From a virus (taxonomy: Duplodnaviria; Caudoviricetes): 64,000 nt of DNA. Positions 49,118 to 57,038 of this stretch are shown piece by piece. Location: IMG/VR virus record IMGVR_UViG_3300028283_000231; one strand, given 5' to 3'. The translations under genes and the position numbers were made by a program. The notes under the pieces are model-generated. The model was not told where the DNA came from, ran no database searches, and worked only from the letters and a program-made list of their open reading frames with translations. Each line of letters begins with the position of its first letter. The first letter of the stretch is position 1.

Positions 49118-49900
49118 ATGCCTGTCGTAGATAGAAATACAAATATTACATTCACAATATCAACCGATCAATTATCAAATCTTCTAAAGAAAATAAAAGA
49201 TTTGACTTCAATTGATCAACGTATAGTCATGAAAATAGACGCCAATAACGTTTTATTGTTCTCTTTTGTAGGTGAGACTTTCAAAAATATACACGCCTTC
49301 AAAAGTTACATCTTCTCTCTTGAGGAAGTTTTTACTATTAAAAAAGGCGAACTAGAAGAACCTCTTTTCTTTATAGCAAGAGACGGTAAGAAACTATACA
49401 GAATATTAGAAAATTTCCTTATCTATAAAGAAGAAATAAATTGTAAAATTTCAGCCAACGACGAAAACTACGTTAATTACATCGCTTTCGATACTAAAAA
49501 GATGAGCGAGAAAGTTATTGGTAGTGACCCTATTGCTATTGGTTCTCAGATTAGTATAGACGATATTAATTTCCTTATGAATATTGATAATTCTAAATTC
49601 AATTTCAGATTAGATAGAGCTGATTTCTTACAAATTAAAAAAAGAGGAGTCATAGAAAACGAACCAAAAAGTGTTCTATATATCAACGTAGTTAATAAGG
49701 CGTTAACTATTGGTGAAACCAAATGGCATCTAAACATTTTAGATGAAGTTGAAAGTGAAGATATTATGCTGTCTTTCCCCAAAGCGTATTTTAATACAAT
49801 AAATCCAACAGAGTATATACAGATATACGTATTTGAAGATTTCATACTCGCTAAGTATGACGATTACAATCTCATGATTATTTTAGAAACAACAATTTAA
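49118..49900 (+). CDS. Possible DNA sliding clamp / processivity factor (gp45/PCNA-like)
   Basis: 260 aa with a two-fold helix-plus-beta pattern (FTISTDQLSNLLKKI; FRLDRADFLQIKKR; LSFPKAYF). No diagnostic motif. Confidence 0.35.
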   Translation: MPVVDRNTNITFTISTDQLSNLLKKIKDLTSIDQRIVMKIDANNVLLFSFVGETFKNIHAFKSYIFSLEEVFTIKKGELEEPLFFIARDGKKLYRILENFLIYKEEINCKISANDENYVNYIAFDTKKMSEKVIGSDPIAIGSQISIDDINFLMNIDNSKFNFRLDRADFLQIKKRGVIENEPKSVLYINVVNKALTIGETKWHLNILDEVESEDIMLSFPKAYFNTINPTEYIQIYVFEDFILAKYDDYNLMIILETTI

Positions 49901-49947
49901 ATTTTCATTTTTCCATATTAATATATAGAAGAAAATAAGTTAGAGTT

Positions 49948-50556
49948 ATGACCAAGAATTATAAATCCTTTGTTGAAGCTGCTAAATGGTATAGTAGTCC
50001 TGAGGAATTAGACGCTGAAGAACGTAGAAATAGTTTTAGTGGTTATCACGATTACGATGAAGGTGGCGACGGTGGTGATTACTACGATGACGATGGTGAT
50101 CCCGATGAATATGGCAAAATTCAGGAGTTTCAAATACAATCCGGCAGAGAACCAGATGAAGATATGGAAGAAAGAGAACTTGATTTAGATATGGATTTTG
50201 ATAGAGATGAAGATCCTAAAACCCCAATAAATGTTGGAGAAGAAGTAGTTTATCTCGGTAATACTGGTGGCAGACGTTATCAATTAGGTTCAGTTCATAA
50301 ATTGAGAGAAGATGGTAAAATTGTAGTTAGGTTTGACGATAAGAAACTTGTTGCTGTGAGTAAACCACATCTAAGACATAAACTTAGCGAAGAAGAAATT
50401 GTGAAAAAGAAAGCTGAATTAGAAATAAAAAAACAAGAAAGAAAGACTAAAAGAGCTGAACAAGAAGCTAAGAGATTAGCACAAGAAGAAGAGGCTAAAA
50501 AGAATCCACCTCCAGTAACTGGCGCAAGATGGTGGGAAAAAAATAAAAAAGAATAA
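49948..50556 (+). CDS. Putative virion internal protein: acidic region + SH3-like module + coiled coil
   Basis: MTKNYKSFVEA; D/G/Y-rich stretch; VGEEVVY...EDGKIVVRFDDKKL. Confidence 0.45.
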   Translation: MTKNYKSFVEAAKWYSSPEELDAEERRNSFSGYHDYDEGGDGGDYYDDDGDPDEYGKIQEFQIQSGREPDEDMEERELDLDMDFDRDEDPKTPINVGEEVVYLGNTGGRRYQLGSVHKLREDGKIVVRFDDKKLVAVSKPHLRHKLSEEEIVKKKAELEIKKQERKTKRAEQEAKRLAQEEEAKKNPPPVTGARWWEKNKKE

Positions 50557-51575
50557 TGGTAAAAAGATATAAACAATTCATCAACGAAGGAGTAGACGAA
50601 AAAGCAAAAATGGACGAACTCCTCGATAAAGGTTTAGAAAATTTAACACCAGATGAAAAGATACTCCTTGATAAACTTAGCAAAGGTGGTACTCTAGATC
50701 CAGATAATAAACCTGGTAATAGTCCTGTTCATCAAGATGATGATGATTTAGATTATCTTAATAAAATGTTAGGAAATCACGCTGATGAAGAAATTCCTGT
50801 TAAACCTGTGGTTAAAGGTGGACCAGTGAATGACGACGGACCAACAGAAGGCGATAGAATTGTTTATTATAAAGAAGGTTCAGAGCACGATGGTAAAACT
50901 GGTATTTTTGCTGGTATTAGAGAAGATGACGGTAAATATAGAATAGTCTTTGATGATAAGAAAAAATTAGCAGCCAACGCTAAAAATGTTTACGCTGCTG
51001 GTACACCAAGACCTGCACCAAAGAAAAAATTACCTGAGGGTTATCATGAAATTCCAGAAGAAAAATTGGGTAGAGCAGAATGGGGACCAGGTACATTCGA
51101 TGTACCAGATACATTCTACGGTGGTAAAGCACCTGAAAAACCAAAATCTAATTTCAAAAAAGGGGATAAAGTTTTATACAAGAACGATAAATCTGAGCAT
51201 AATAACAAACAAGCAACTTTTGTAGAACAAAAAGAAGACGGCAAATTATCAATCAGATTTGAAGGTGGTGGTAAATTGGCTTGTAATCCAAAGAACGTAG
51301 TTCCTTTCTCAATAGAATTACCTAAACAAGATTTTATTATTCGTCTTGGAACAATACCAGAGAATAATTCGATAGGTGCTGGGGTATTCCTTGATAGTGG
51401 TGAAATGTATGACGAACACATTCTAAATCAATACCCAGAGTTACAAAGAATGGGATTTGAAGAACCCGCTGAAGGTGATTTACGTTATAACGGAGATCTT
51501 GATATAGAAGAATTACACATCGAGTTACAAGAGAGAGATTTCAGAGTTGAAGTTGTTAACGGAAATTTATACTAA
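50556..51575 (+). CDS. Putative virion internal protein with two SH3-like repeats
   Basis: MVKRYKQFINE; GDRIVY..SEHDGK..DGKYRIVFDDKKKL and GDKVLY..SEHNNK..DGKLSIRFEGGGKL. Confidence 0.5.
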   Translation: MVKRYKQFINEGVDEKAKMDELLDKGLENLTPDEKILLDKLSKGGTLDPDNKPGNSPVHQDDDDLDYLNKMLGNHADEEIPVKPVVKGGPVNDDGPTEGDRIVYYKEGSEHDGKTGIFAGIREDDGKYRIVFDDKKKLAANAKNVYAAGTPRPAPKKKLPEGYHEIPEEKLGRAEWGPGTFDVPDTFYGGKAPEKPKSNFKKGDKVLYKNDKSEHNNKQATFVEQKEDGKLSIRFEGGGKLACNPKNVVPFSIELPKQDFIIRLGTIPENNSIGAGVFLDSGEMYDEHILNQYPELQRMGFEEPAEGDLRYNGDLDIEELHIELQERDFRVEVVNGNLY

Positions 51576-51603
51576 AATATTTTTTTAGTAAATAAAACTT
51601 TCG

Positions 51604-51611
51604 TATCTTTG
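51604..51611 (+). promoter_or_regulatory. Bacteroidota-type -7 promoter element (TAnnTTTG)
   Basis: Intergenic cgTATCTTTGtg 18 nt before the ATG at 51630, heading a run of small genes. The -33 TTTG is imperfect. Confidence 0.5.
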
Positions 51612-51629
51612 TGTTAGAAAAATACGAAT

Positions 51630-51947
51630 ATGAAAGTACAATCCTATATTATTAAGAAAGAAGTCCTTGTGGATTCAGAATACGAATTACTAACGAACGT
51701 TAGTGGTGCATTCAACGCGGAATCCCCCTTTGCAGTTAAAGTAGCAGATATTAAAGAATGTTTAGAAATTACCAACGATCTAAACACTGGTGAAGAAGTT
51801 ATGGATTGTGCTGGTAGGACATGGATTCCCGACTACGATGGCGATATTAACTTCATGACTAAAATCCTCAAAGAAGCTGAAGGTTGTGAATACATCATTG
51901 TTGAATTTGATAATTATTACGAACTATATACGATTGAAACAGATTAA
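51630..51947 (+). CDS. Hypothetical protein
   Basis: First ORF after the TATCTTTG element. Confidence 0.55.
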   Translation: MKVQSYIIKKEVLVDSEYELLTNVSGAFNAESPFAVKVADIKECLEITNDLNTGEEVMDCAGRTWIPDYDGDINFMTKILKEAEGCEYIIVEFDNYYELYTIETD

Positions 51948-51970
51948 TTAACCCCTTAACACTTAAACAA

Positions 51971-52081
51971 ATGGCAAACGAAAAAGTTTACATCGAGATT
52001 GATGGTGAAGTTATCTTTTTGAACCCCGATATGGAAGATGTTATCCGTTGGGCTAATAGTGATTATACAACTGAGGACTAA
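51971..52081 (+). CDS. Small hypothetical protein (36 aa)
   Basis: Read by eye: MANEKVYIEIDGEVIFLNPDMEDVIRWANSDYTTED; TAATG coupling to the next ORF. Confidence 0.5.
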   Translation: MANEKVYIEIDGEVIFLNPDMEDVIRWANSDYTTED

Positions 52082-52254
52082 TGGAATACATTAAGATTAA
52101 AACTGGTGACGATGTAATTCGTCTTGAGTTTGTTATGAGTGCTGAAGAAATGAAAGCAGTATATAATCTTCTTATAGAACAGCACAAAGATATGATTTCA
52201 TATAAGAAAGTAGCAAAAAGAATGGAAAAACAATTAAAGACTTTAGAAAAATGA
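52081..52254 (+). CDS. Small hypothetical protein (57 aa)
   Basis: Read by eye: MEYIKIKTGDDVIRLEFVMSAEEMKAVYNLL...; ATGA overlap downstream. Confidence 0.55.
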   Translation: MEYIKIKTGDDVIRLEFVMSAEEMKAVYNLLIEQHKDMISYKKVAKRMEKQLKTLEK

Positions 52255-52616
52255 AAAGAATTAAACTTTGCAATTTAGTATTTTTAGGACTTGTTGTCCT
52301 TTCAATGTTTGGATTATTTGCTTCTTGCACTGATCCTGGAACAACTGAAAAATTTACTGGATGTGGTAGTGATAGCGCTAAGATCAAACCTTGTATTATA
52401 AATGGTGACACTTTGGAACTTTATCAGTATTACTACGCCACTGGTTCAGCAATTTGGATTGCTAAATCTAAAAATTATTCTACCACAAATCTTACTTACA
52501 GAGTCGGTAAGCATGACGAATCTGTTATTATTCTGAATGGTGATCCTTATAGGAGAATTCAGGGAACTGTTATTATGGAAAATGATAGTATGGTTTTAAT
52601 CAAGAAAAAACTGTAA
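52251..52616 (+). CDS. Putative lipoprotein
   Basis: Basic N-terminus, hydrophobic stretch, lipobox-like FASC. Confidence 0.5.
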   Translation: MKRIKLCNLVFLGLVVLSMFGLFASCTDPGTTEKFTGCGSDSAKIKPCIINGDTLELYQYYYATGSAIWIAKSKNYSTTNLTYRVGKHDESVIILNGDPYRRIQGTVIMENDSMVLIKKKL

Positions 52617-52617
52617 T

Positions 52618-52803
52618 ATGTTACATTGGGCATTCAAATATTTTACATTTTTTATTGACGCTTGTCTTTTGGGGATGGGGTTAGTTGTCCTAATCTTCGG
52701 AGCAAATGGTTACGCTAAACCATTAGGTATAATAGTAATAATCGCGTCAATCCTTATGATTTTATACGATATTAAATACGTTAAAGATAATAAAACTGAA
52801 TAA
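52618..52803 (+). CDS. Small two-TM membrane protein
   Basis: Two hydrophobic segments. Confidence 0.5.
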   Translation: MLHWAFKYFTFFIDACLLGMGLVVLIFGANGYAKPLGIIVIIASILMILYDIKYVKDNKTE

Positions 52804-52805
52804 CT

Positions 52806-52997
52806 ATGAACCAATTTTTAAAAGAAACATTCACCGCTATTGCCTGTTTCCCAGCTTTACTTTACGTATTATTTTCATTTGGAAACGGATCTTTTGATAT
52901 ATCAACATGGACTGAAGGAGCTAGAGGATCACTTGCTGCTTTTGGAGCACTTTTATCAGCCGTAATCACAATTATTCAGGGACTTAGATATTTTTAA
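52806..52997 (+). CDS. Small two-TM membrane protein
   Basis: Two hydrophobic segments. Confidence 0.5.
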   Translation: MNQFLKETFTAIACFPALLYVLFSFGNGSFDISTWTEGARGSLAAFGALLSAVITIIQGLRYF

Positions 52998-53101
52998 TTT
53001 AACATTTTGTTAATCTTGAAACTTAAACTTCACCCCGTTTTCCTTAATATATATATATAATAGCAACCTTAGGCATTCTTTCTATAATCTTTTAAGCAAA
53101 A

Positions 53102-53126
53102 AAAATCCCAATTAAGTTGGGATTTT
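53102..53126 (-). terminator. Intrinsic terminator, possibly bidirectional
   Basis: aaaatcccaa-ttaag-ttgggatttt stem, followed by a long T run on the minus strand, between convergent genes. Confidence 0.7.
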
Positions 53127-53147
53127 CTGTTTAAAATAAGCCTTAAC

Positions 53148-53387
53148 TTATTTCTTCTTTCCTAATTTCTTCACAGGAAGCTTAGCAATTGAGTCAGCTT
53201 TCTTAATTGAGTCAGCTTTTGCAATTGAATCAGCTACTAATTGAGCGGCTTGAACTTTTGCGCAAGAATCAGCTACAAATGTTGAATCCTGAATTCTCTT
53301 AGCTTCAATTTCCTTAGCGGATGGACCACAAGATACAGCCAAAAATGTAACGGCTGCGATTACCAAAATACCAAATAATTTTTTCAT
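53148..53387 (-). CDS. Bacteroidota-style lipoprotein with DSI(A/K)K repeats
   Basis: MKKLFGILVIAAVTFLAVSC lipobox; ADSIAKADSIKKADSIAK. Confidence 0.7.
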   Translation of the reverse strand: MKKLFGILVIAAVTFLAVSCGPSAKEIEAKRIQDSTFVADSCAKVQAAQLVADSIAKADSIKKADSIAKLPVKKLGKKK

Positions 53388-53537
53388 GTTTACTTTCTTT
53401 TATTTTTTAAAAATGTTATATTTCTTATCCCCCAATTTAATCAAAGTTTAAAAAAATTTTAACATTTTTTAACGATTTTATATATTCATTTAAAAAAGTC
53501 TATTTTTTCCAAATTGATTTTTTATATATAGAAAGGT

Positions 53538-54413
53538 ATGATAAATATAATAAAATATTCTTTATTTGAATCTAAGAAATATAAAAAGTATAACAATATG
53601 CTTAAGAATCTTGGTGTTATGGACGATAAAGGAGATATCAACCTTAAAGACATGACTGAGAAGATCAATCAGTTCCTTTCTAAAGACGGTAACAAGGATA
53701 AATTTATGAAAGATTACGACGATAAGATTTCTCCAGATGTTAAAGTGAAGAATGAAAAATTTAAAGCCATCGATTTAAAACCAAGTCAAACTGAAATATT
53801 CCTTGATCACGTTCTTTCCAGATTAGTTGTAAACGACGGTGATAGAAAACAAATACTTAAAGGTGGATTTAAAGATCACGATATTCTCATTAGCTCAGAC
53901 GGTCATATTATAGACGGACATCATAGATGGTTATGTGCCTTCATATTAAATCCAGAATGTGAATTAGATTGCACAGAAATAGAAATACCAATAGAATACG
54001 CTCTTCCTGTTATCAACGCCATAATAGAAGCTTCTGAAAAAGAAACAGATACTTTAAAAGATACTTATAAAATTAATATCTTTGACGCTATGGATTGGAA
54101 GAAGGAGAAGTTATTTAAGAAGATGAATTCGATTATTAAGAAGGCTATAAAGAGTGGAGTTGGTATAGGTGAAGAGAAGAAGAAATCTAATAAATATCCG
54201 AAAACAATTGAAGGTTTAGATAATATAAGTACAGACGTCACTAAACCTTTTTATAAGAAACTTAGAAAGAAATTAAAGTTACAGAATCATCCTCTTAAAC
54301 ACATAAGAGAGAATATGAAACAAATTCCGAAACCAAAGGAGTTATTTAGTGATAGAAAAGATATGCCACAATTAAAGAAGAAGGACGCTAAAAACTTTTA
54401 TGATACCTATTGA
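53538..54413 (+). CDS. ParB/Sulfiredoxin-like domain protein with a capsid-targeting-like N-terminus
   Basis: LKPSQTEI, ILISSDGHIIDGHHRW; starts MINIIKYSLFES; TTTATATATAG upstream. Confidence 0.6.
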   Translation: MINIIKYSLFESKKYKKYNNMLKNLGVMDDKGDINLKDMTEKINQFLSKDGNKDKFMKDYDDKISPDVKVKNEKFKAIDLKPSQTEIFLDHVLSRLVVNDGDRKQILKGGFKDHDILISSDGHIIDGHHRWLCAFILNPECELDCTEIEIPIEYALPVINAIIEASEKETDTLKDTYKINIFDAMDWKKEKLFKKMNSIIKKAIKSGVGIGEEKKKSNKYPKTIEGLDNISTDVTKPFYKKLRKKLKLQNHPLKHIRENMKQIPKPKELFSDRKDMPQLKKKDAKNFYDTY

Positions 54414-54819
54414 AATTTTAAAGATTAAAGACGACCTAAGAAATGGTTATCATATTTTATGCCGTGTCCACATCAATGGTAAAGAATTTAGAATGCTTGT
54501 AGATACTGGTTCTTCTATGACTTTGTTTGATATGAAAAAACAAAAGGAAATAAGTCAGTACGAAGCAGAAAATAACGACCAACATATAGTAGCTGTTGGT
54601 AGTGGTAATATTAAAAGTAAATATATCGTTATAGATGAAATGAGAATAGGTAATGTAATCATAAGAGATTATAAAACTATGTTACTTAATTTAGAATTCA
54701 TTAACGAACATTTTAGAACTAATGGTAATCCAACGATTGATGGTATAATTGGCGGAGATATATTAGCTGATCATAAGGCTGTTATAGATTACGAAAAGCG
54801 TGAAATGAAGTTATCATAG
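54400..54819 (+). CDS. Retropepsin-like aspartyl protease
   Basis: FRMLVDTGSS, DGIIGGDIL, VIDY. Confidence 0.85.
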   Translation: MIPIEILKIKDDLRNGYHILCRVHINGKEFRMLVDTGSSMTLFDMKKQKEISQYEAENNDQHIVAVGSGNIKSKYIVIDEMRIGNVIIRDYKTMLLNLEFINEHFRTNGNPTIDGIIGGDILADHKAVIDYEKREMKLS

Positions 54820-56209
54820 ATTCGTTATATAATTTCCCCTTTTTGTACCATCTTACCTTACCAGCTTCTTCTTTTTCTTCTTTTTTTCTCGATAAATATC
54901 TCACATCACAAGGGTGATCGTTCCACTCGGGGTCGTCTAAAAATCTATAATGGACTGTTTCTGCGTCTCTTTGTTGTCTGGTTATCATAACCTCGGCACC
55001 AACTTTATCTTTGTAATTTTTTCCTTTATAAATTAGGATTTCACCAACTTTAAAAAAATCTCCTTTATCCTCGTTGATTTTATTTTCTTCCAACCAATCT
55101 TCTTCACCGTAAGGATCGTGATGTAAATGTAATTTATTTAATTCGTCTCTTTTTATTTTTAATAGATTCGGTCTATCTTTTACGTAGTTTTCAATATCTT
55201 TAAAATTATCAATAAATTCATCAACAGTTACAGTTACGTCATTATCTGCTGTTCTACTCTGGTAAATTCTTTTTCCATCGTTATCTATTCCTATACCAAC
55301 ATTATAATGTGGGCATAAATAACCTCTATAAGTTCCATCATGATACCAAGACGGAAACCATCTCTCAAGCTCTTCTCCGCCACCTCCCCAAACAAACCAA
55401 TTCTTTTTAAGGAAATTGATTAATTCGTGATATTTTTCTTTAGAATCTACTTTTACGTAAAGACTATCTATACTTAAATAACTTTCATTTATCTTACTTT
55501 CGTTTTCCCAGTCTTCTTCGCCATATGGATCTACGTCTTTAGTTTTGAGATATAGTTGTTTAAGTCTTCTTATTTCTTTTTTAGTTTTTCTAATTTTATC
55601 TACTTTTTTCAAATTCCCTCTTTCGAACCAAATACCATCTACTTGCCAATATCTATCATTATTTGGGTTCAGATTCACTTTAAATTGTGTTCTATTATTC
55701 CTAAAATCAGTGATAACTCCTACTCTACTATTATATCTATCTACGTATCCATGTATAATTTCAACATCATCACCAACATATAAATCTTTTTTACTTTCAT
55801 TGACTACACTTTCATATTCCCATTCTTCTTCACCGTATGGGTCCCAAGGTGATACAGGATCTGGTTTATCTTCGTAATATATTACATTTGTAACACCACT
55901 ACCTATATGTAATATAACATCATAATCATTATCAGCAACCATGTGAACTTTCTGATTTTCATCTAAATATATCTTAACAATCTTCCAATGTCCTGCTCCA
56001 TGTATTTCATTCCCACCATCTTTATTCTTACCTAAAACTGGGAAACTACACACCTTACCTATCAATCTCTTTTTAAGGTATTCAGTAAATCTTCCCCACA
56101 ATTCTTTACCGTCTCTTATTCTATCTATTCTTTGAATATCGTGTAAAATATTAAGAGGAACAATCTCCTTAATAATATATCCTTCGGGTGTGAATTTACT
56201 TATACGCAT
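54782..56209 (-). CDS. Putative packaged polyprotein: four modules joined by DPYGEExW..xNE and RWYKKGKL-YNE linkers
   Basis: DPYGEEEWEYESVVNES; DPYGEEDWENESKINES; DPYGEEDWLEENKINED; KVRWYKKGKLYNES. Confidence 0.5.
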   Translation of the reverse strand: MRISKFTPEGYIIKEIVPLNILHDIQRIDRIRDGKELWGRFTEYLKKRLIGKVCSFPVLGKNKDGGNEIHGAGHWKIVKIYLDENQKVHMVADNDYDVILHIGSGVTNVIYYEDKPDPVSPWDPYGEEEWEYESVVNESKKDLYVGDDVEIIHGYVDRYNSRVGVITDFRNNRTQFKVNLNPNNDRYWQVDGIWFERGNLKKVDKIRKTKKEIRRLKQLYLKTKDVDPYGEEDWENESKINESYLSIDSLYVKVDSKEKYHELINFLKKNWFVWGGGGEELERWFPSWYHDGTYRGYLCPHYNVGIGIDNDGKRIYQSRTADNDVTVTVDEFIDNFKDIENYVKDRPNLLKIKRDELNKLHLHHDPYGEEDWLEENKINEDKGDFFKVGEILIYKGKNYKDKVGAEVMITRQQRDAETVHYRFLDDPEWNDHPCDVRYLSRKKEEKEEAGKVRWYKKGKLYNESMITSFHAFRNL

Positions 56210-56295
56210 AACTCGACTATATATTAAAAATTAAAAACAATTTACTCGATATTGATTATATATGATAACAAACCTTAAAAAATAATAGCCTATGA

Positions 56296-56970
56296 ATGAT
56301 CAAAACAATTGCCCACTTCGCGGACATACACGTTTATAAGTCTTTAGATAGACACGATGAATACAGAAAAGTCTTACAACAAGTTTACAAGAAATTAGAA
56401 GAACAAAAACCCGATAGAATAATAGTCGCTGGTGATACATATAGTGATTATATCGACCTCGAAGGCGAAGCTCTCATTCTTATAGGTGAAATACTTAATC
56501 GCTTCGCTAAAATTGCTCCCGTTATTATTACACGAGGCAACCACGAAATTAGAAAGAAAAATAGAAGTAGAATAGATACAGTTAAAACTGTTACAGACCT
56601 CCTCCAAAACCCAAAAGTTACATATTATAACCAATCTGGTTTCTACCCAGACGATAACGTCATGTGGGTGGTATGGGACCACGTTGATCATAGATATAAC
56701 AACATTAACCCTTGGAAAAATATAACACATTCAAGAGATAAGAAACTTACTTATATAGATTTATACCACGATCCAATAGATGGTTGTGTATATCATAACG
56801 GTTACAATCCAGGTAATAGAACCTTTCCTAGTCCGTCAGATTTTAAAGGAGAATTTGGTTTCTTCGGTGATATTCATTTAAGACAATATTTTAATTTTAA
56901 AGAGGTTGAATTAGAAATAGATGAAGAAGATCTTGATAAATATCTAAAAGATGGATGGAAAATAGTTTAA
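56296..56970 (+). CDS. sbcD: Mre11/SbcD-like metallophosphoesterase, N-terminal fragment of a split gene
   Basis: ADIH, AGD, RGNHE, YHDP, GDIH. Stops before the SSLIQQNFGE motif. Confidence 0.8.
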   Translation: MIKTIAHFADIHVYKSLDRHDEYRKVLQQVYKKLEEQKPDRIIVAGDTYSDYIDLEGEALILIGEILNRFAKIAPVIITRGNHEIRKKNRSRIDTVKTVTDLLQNPKVTYYNQSGFYPDDNVMWVVWDHVDHRYNNINPWKNITHSRDKKLTYIDLYHDPIDGCVYHNGYNPGNRTFPSPSDFKGEFGFFGDIHLRQYFNFKEVELEIDEEDLDKYLKDGWKIV

Positions 56971-56981
56971 TTTCCCCTGTG

Positions 56982-57034
56982 TTTTTGTTGTTTTAGACAT
57001 TTAGATTTTTATATATACAATAAAACAACAAAAA
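56982..57034 (+). promoter_or_regulatory. 14-bp inverted repeat masking the endonuclease leader, with a putative late promoter in its loop
   Basis: tttttgttgtttta (56982-56995) pairs with taaaacaacaaaaa (57021-57034). TTTATATATAC is at 57008-57018 and the ATG at 57039. Confidence 0.65.
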
Positions 57035-57038
57035 TTAT

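Larger units (their letters stand above)
48153..54855 (-). repeat. Four copies of a ~25-bp coding repeat encoding RWYKKGKL
   Basis: Copies at 48153-48177 (TGG>TGA variant), 48396-48420, 48675-48699 and 54831-54855. Minus-strand consensus taagatggtacaaaaa(a/g)gg(t/c/g)aaatt. Confidence 0.85.
39425..55843 (-). repeat. Five dispersed copies of a (DP)YGEE(D/E/V)W peptide motif in two genes
   Basis: About 39425 and 39495 (gene 39111-39905); about 55095, 55508 and 55820 (gene 54782-56209). Confidence 0.8.
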
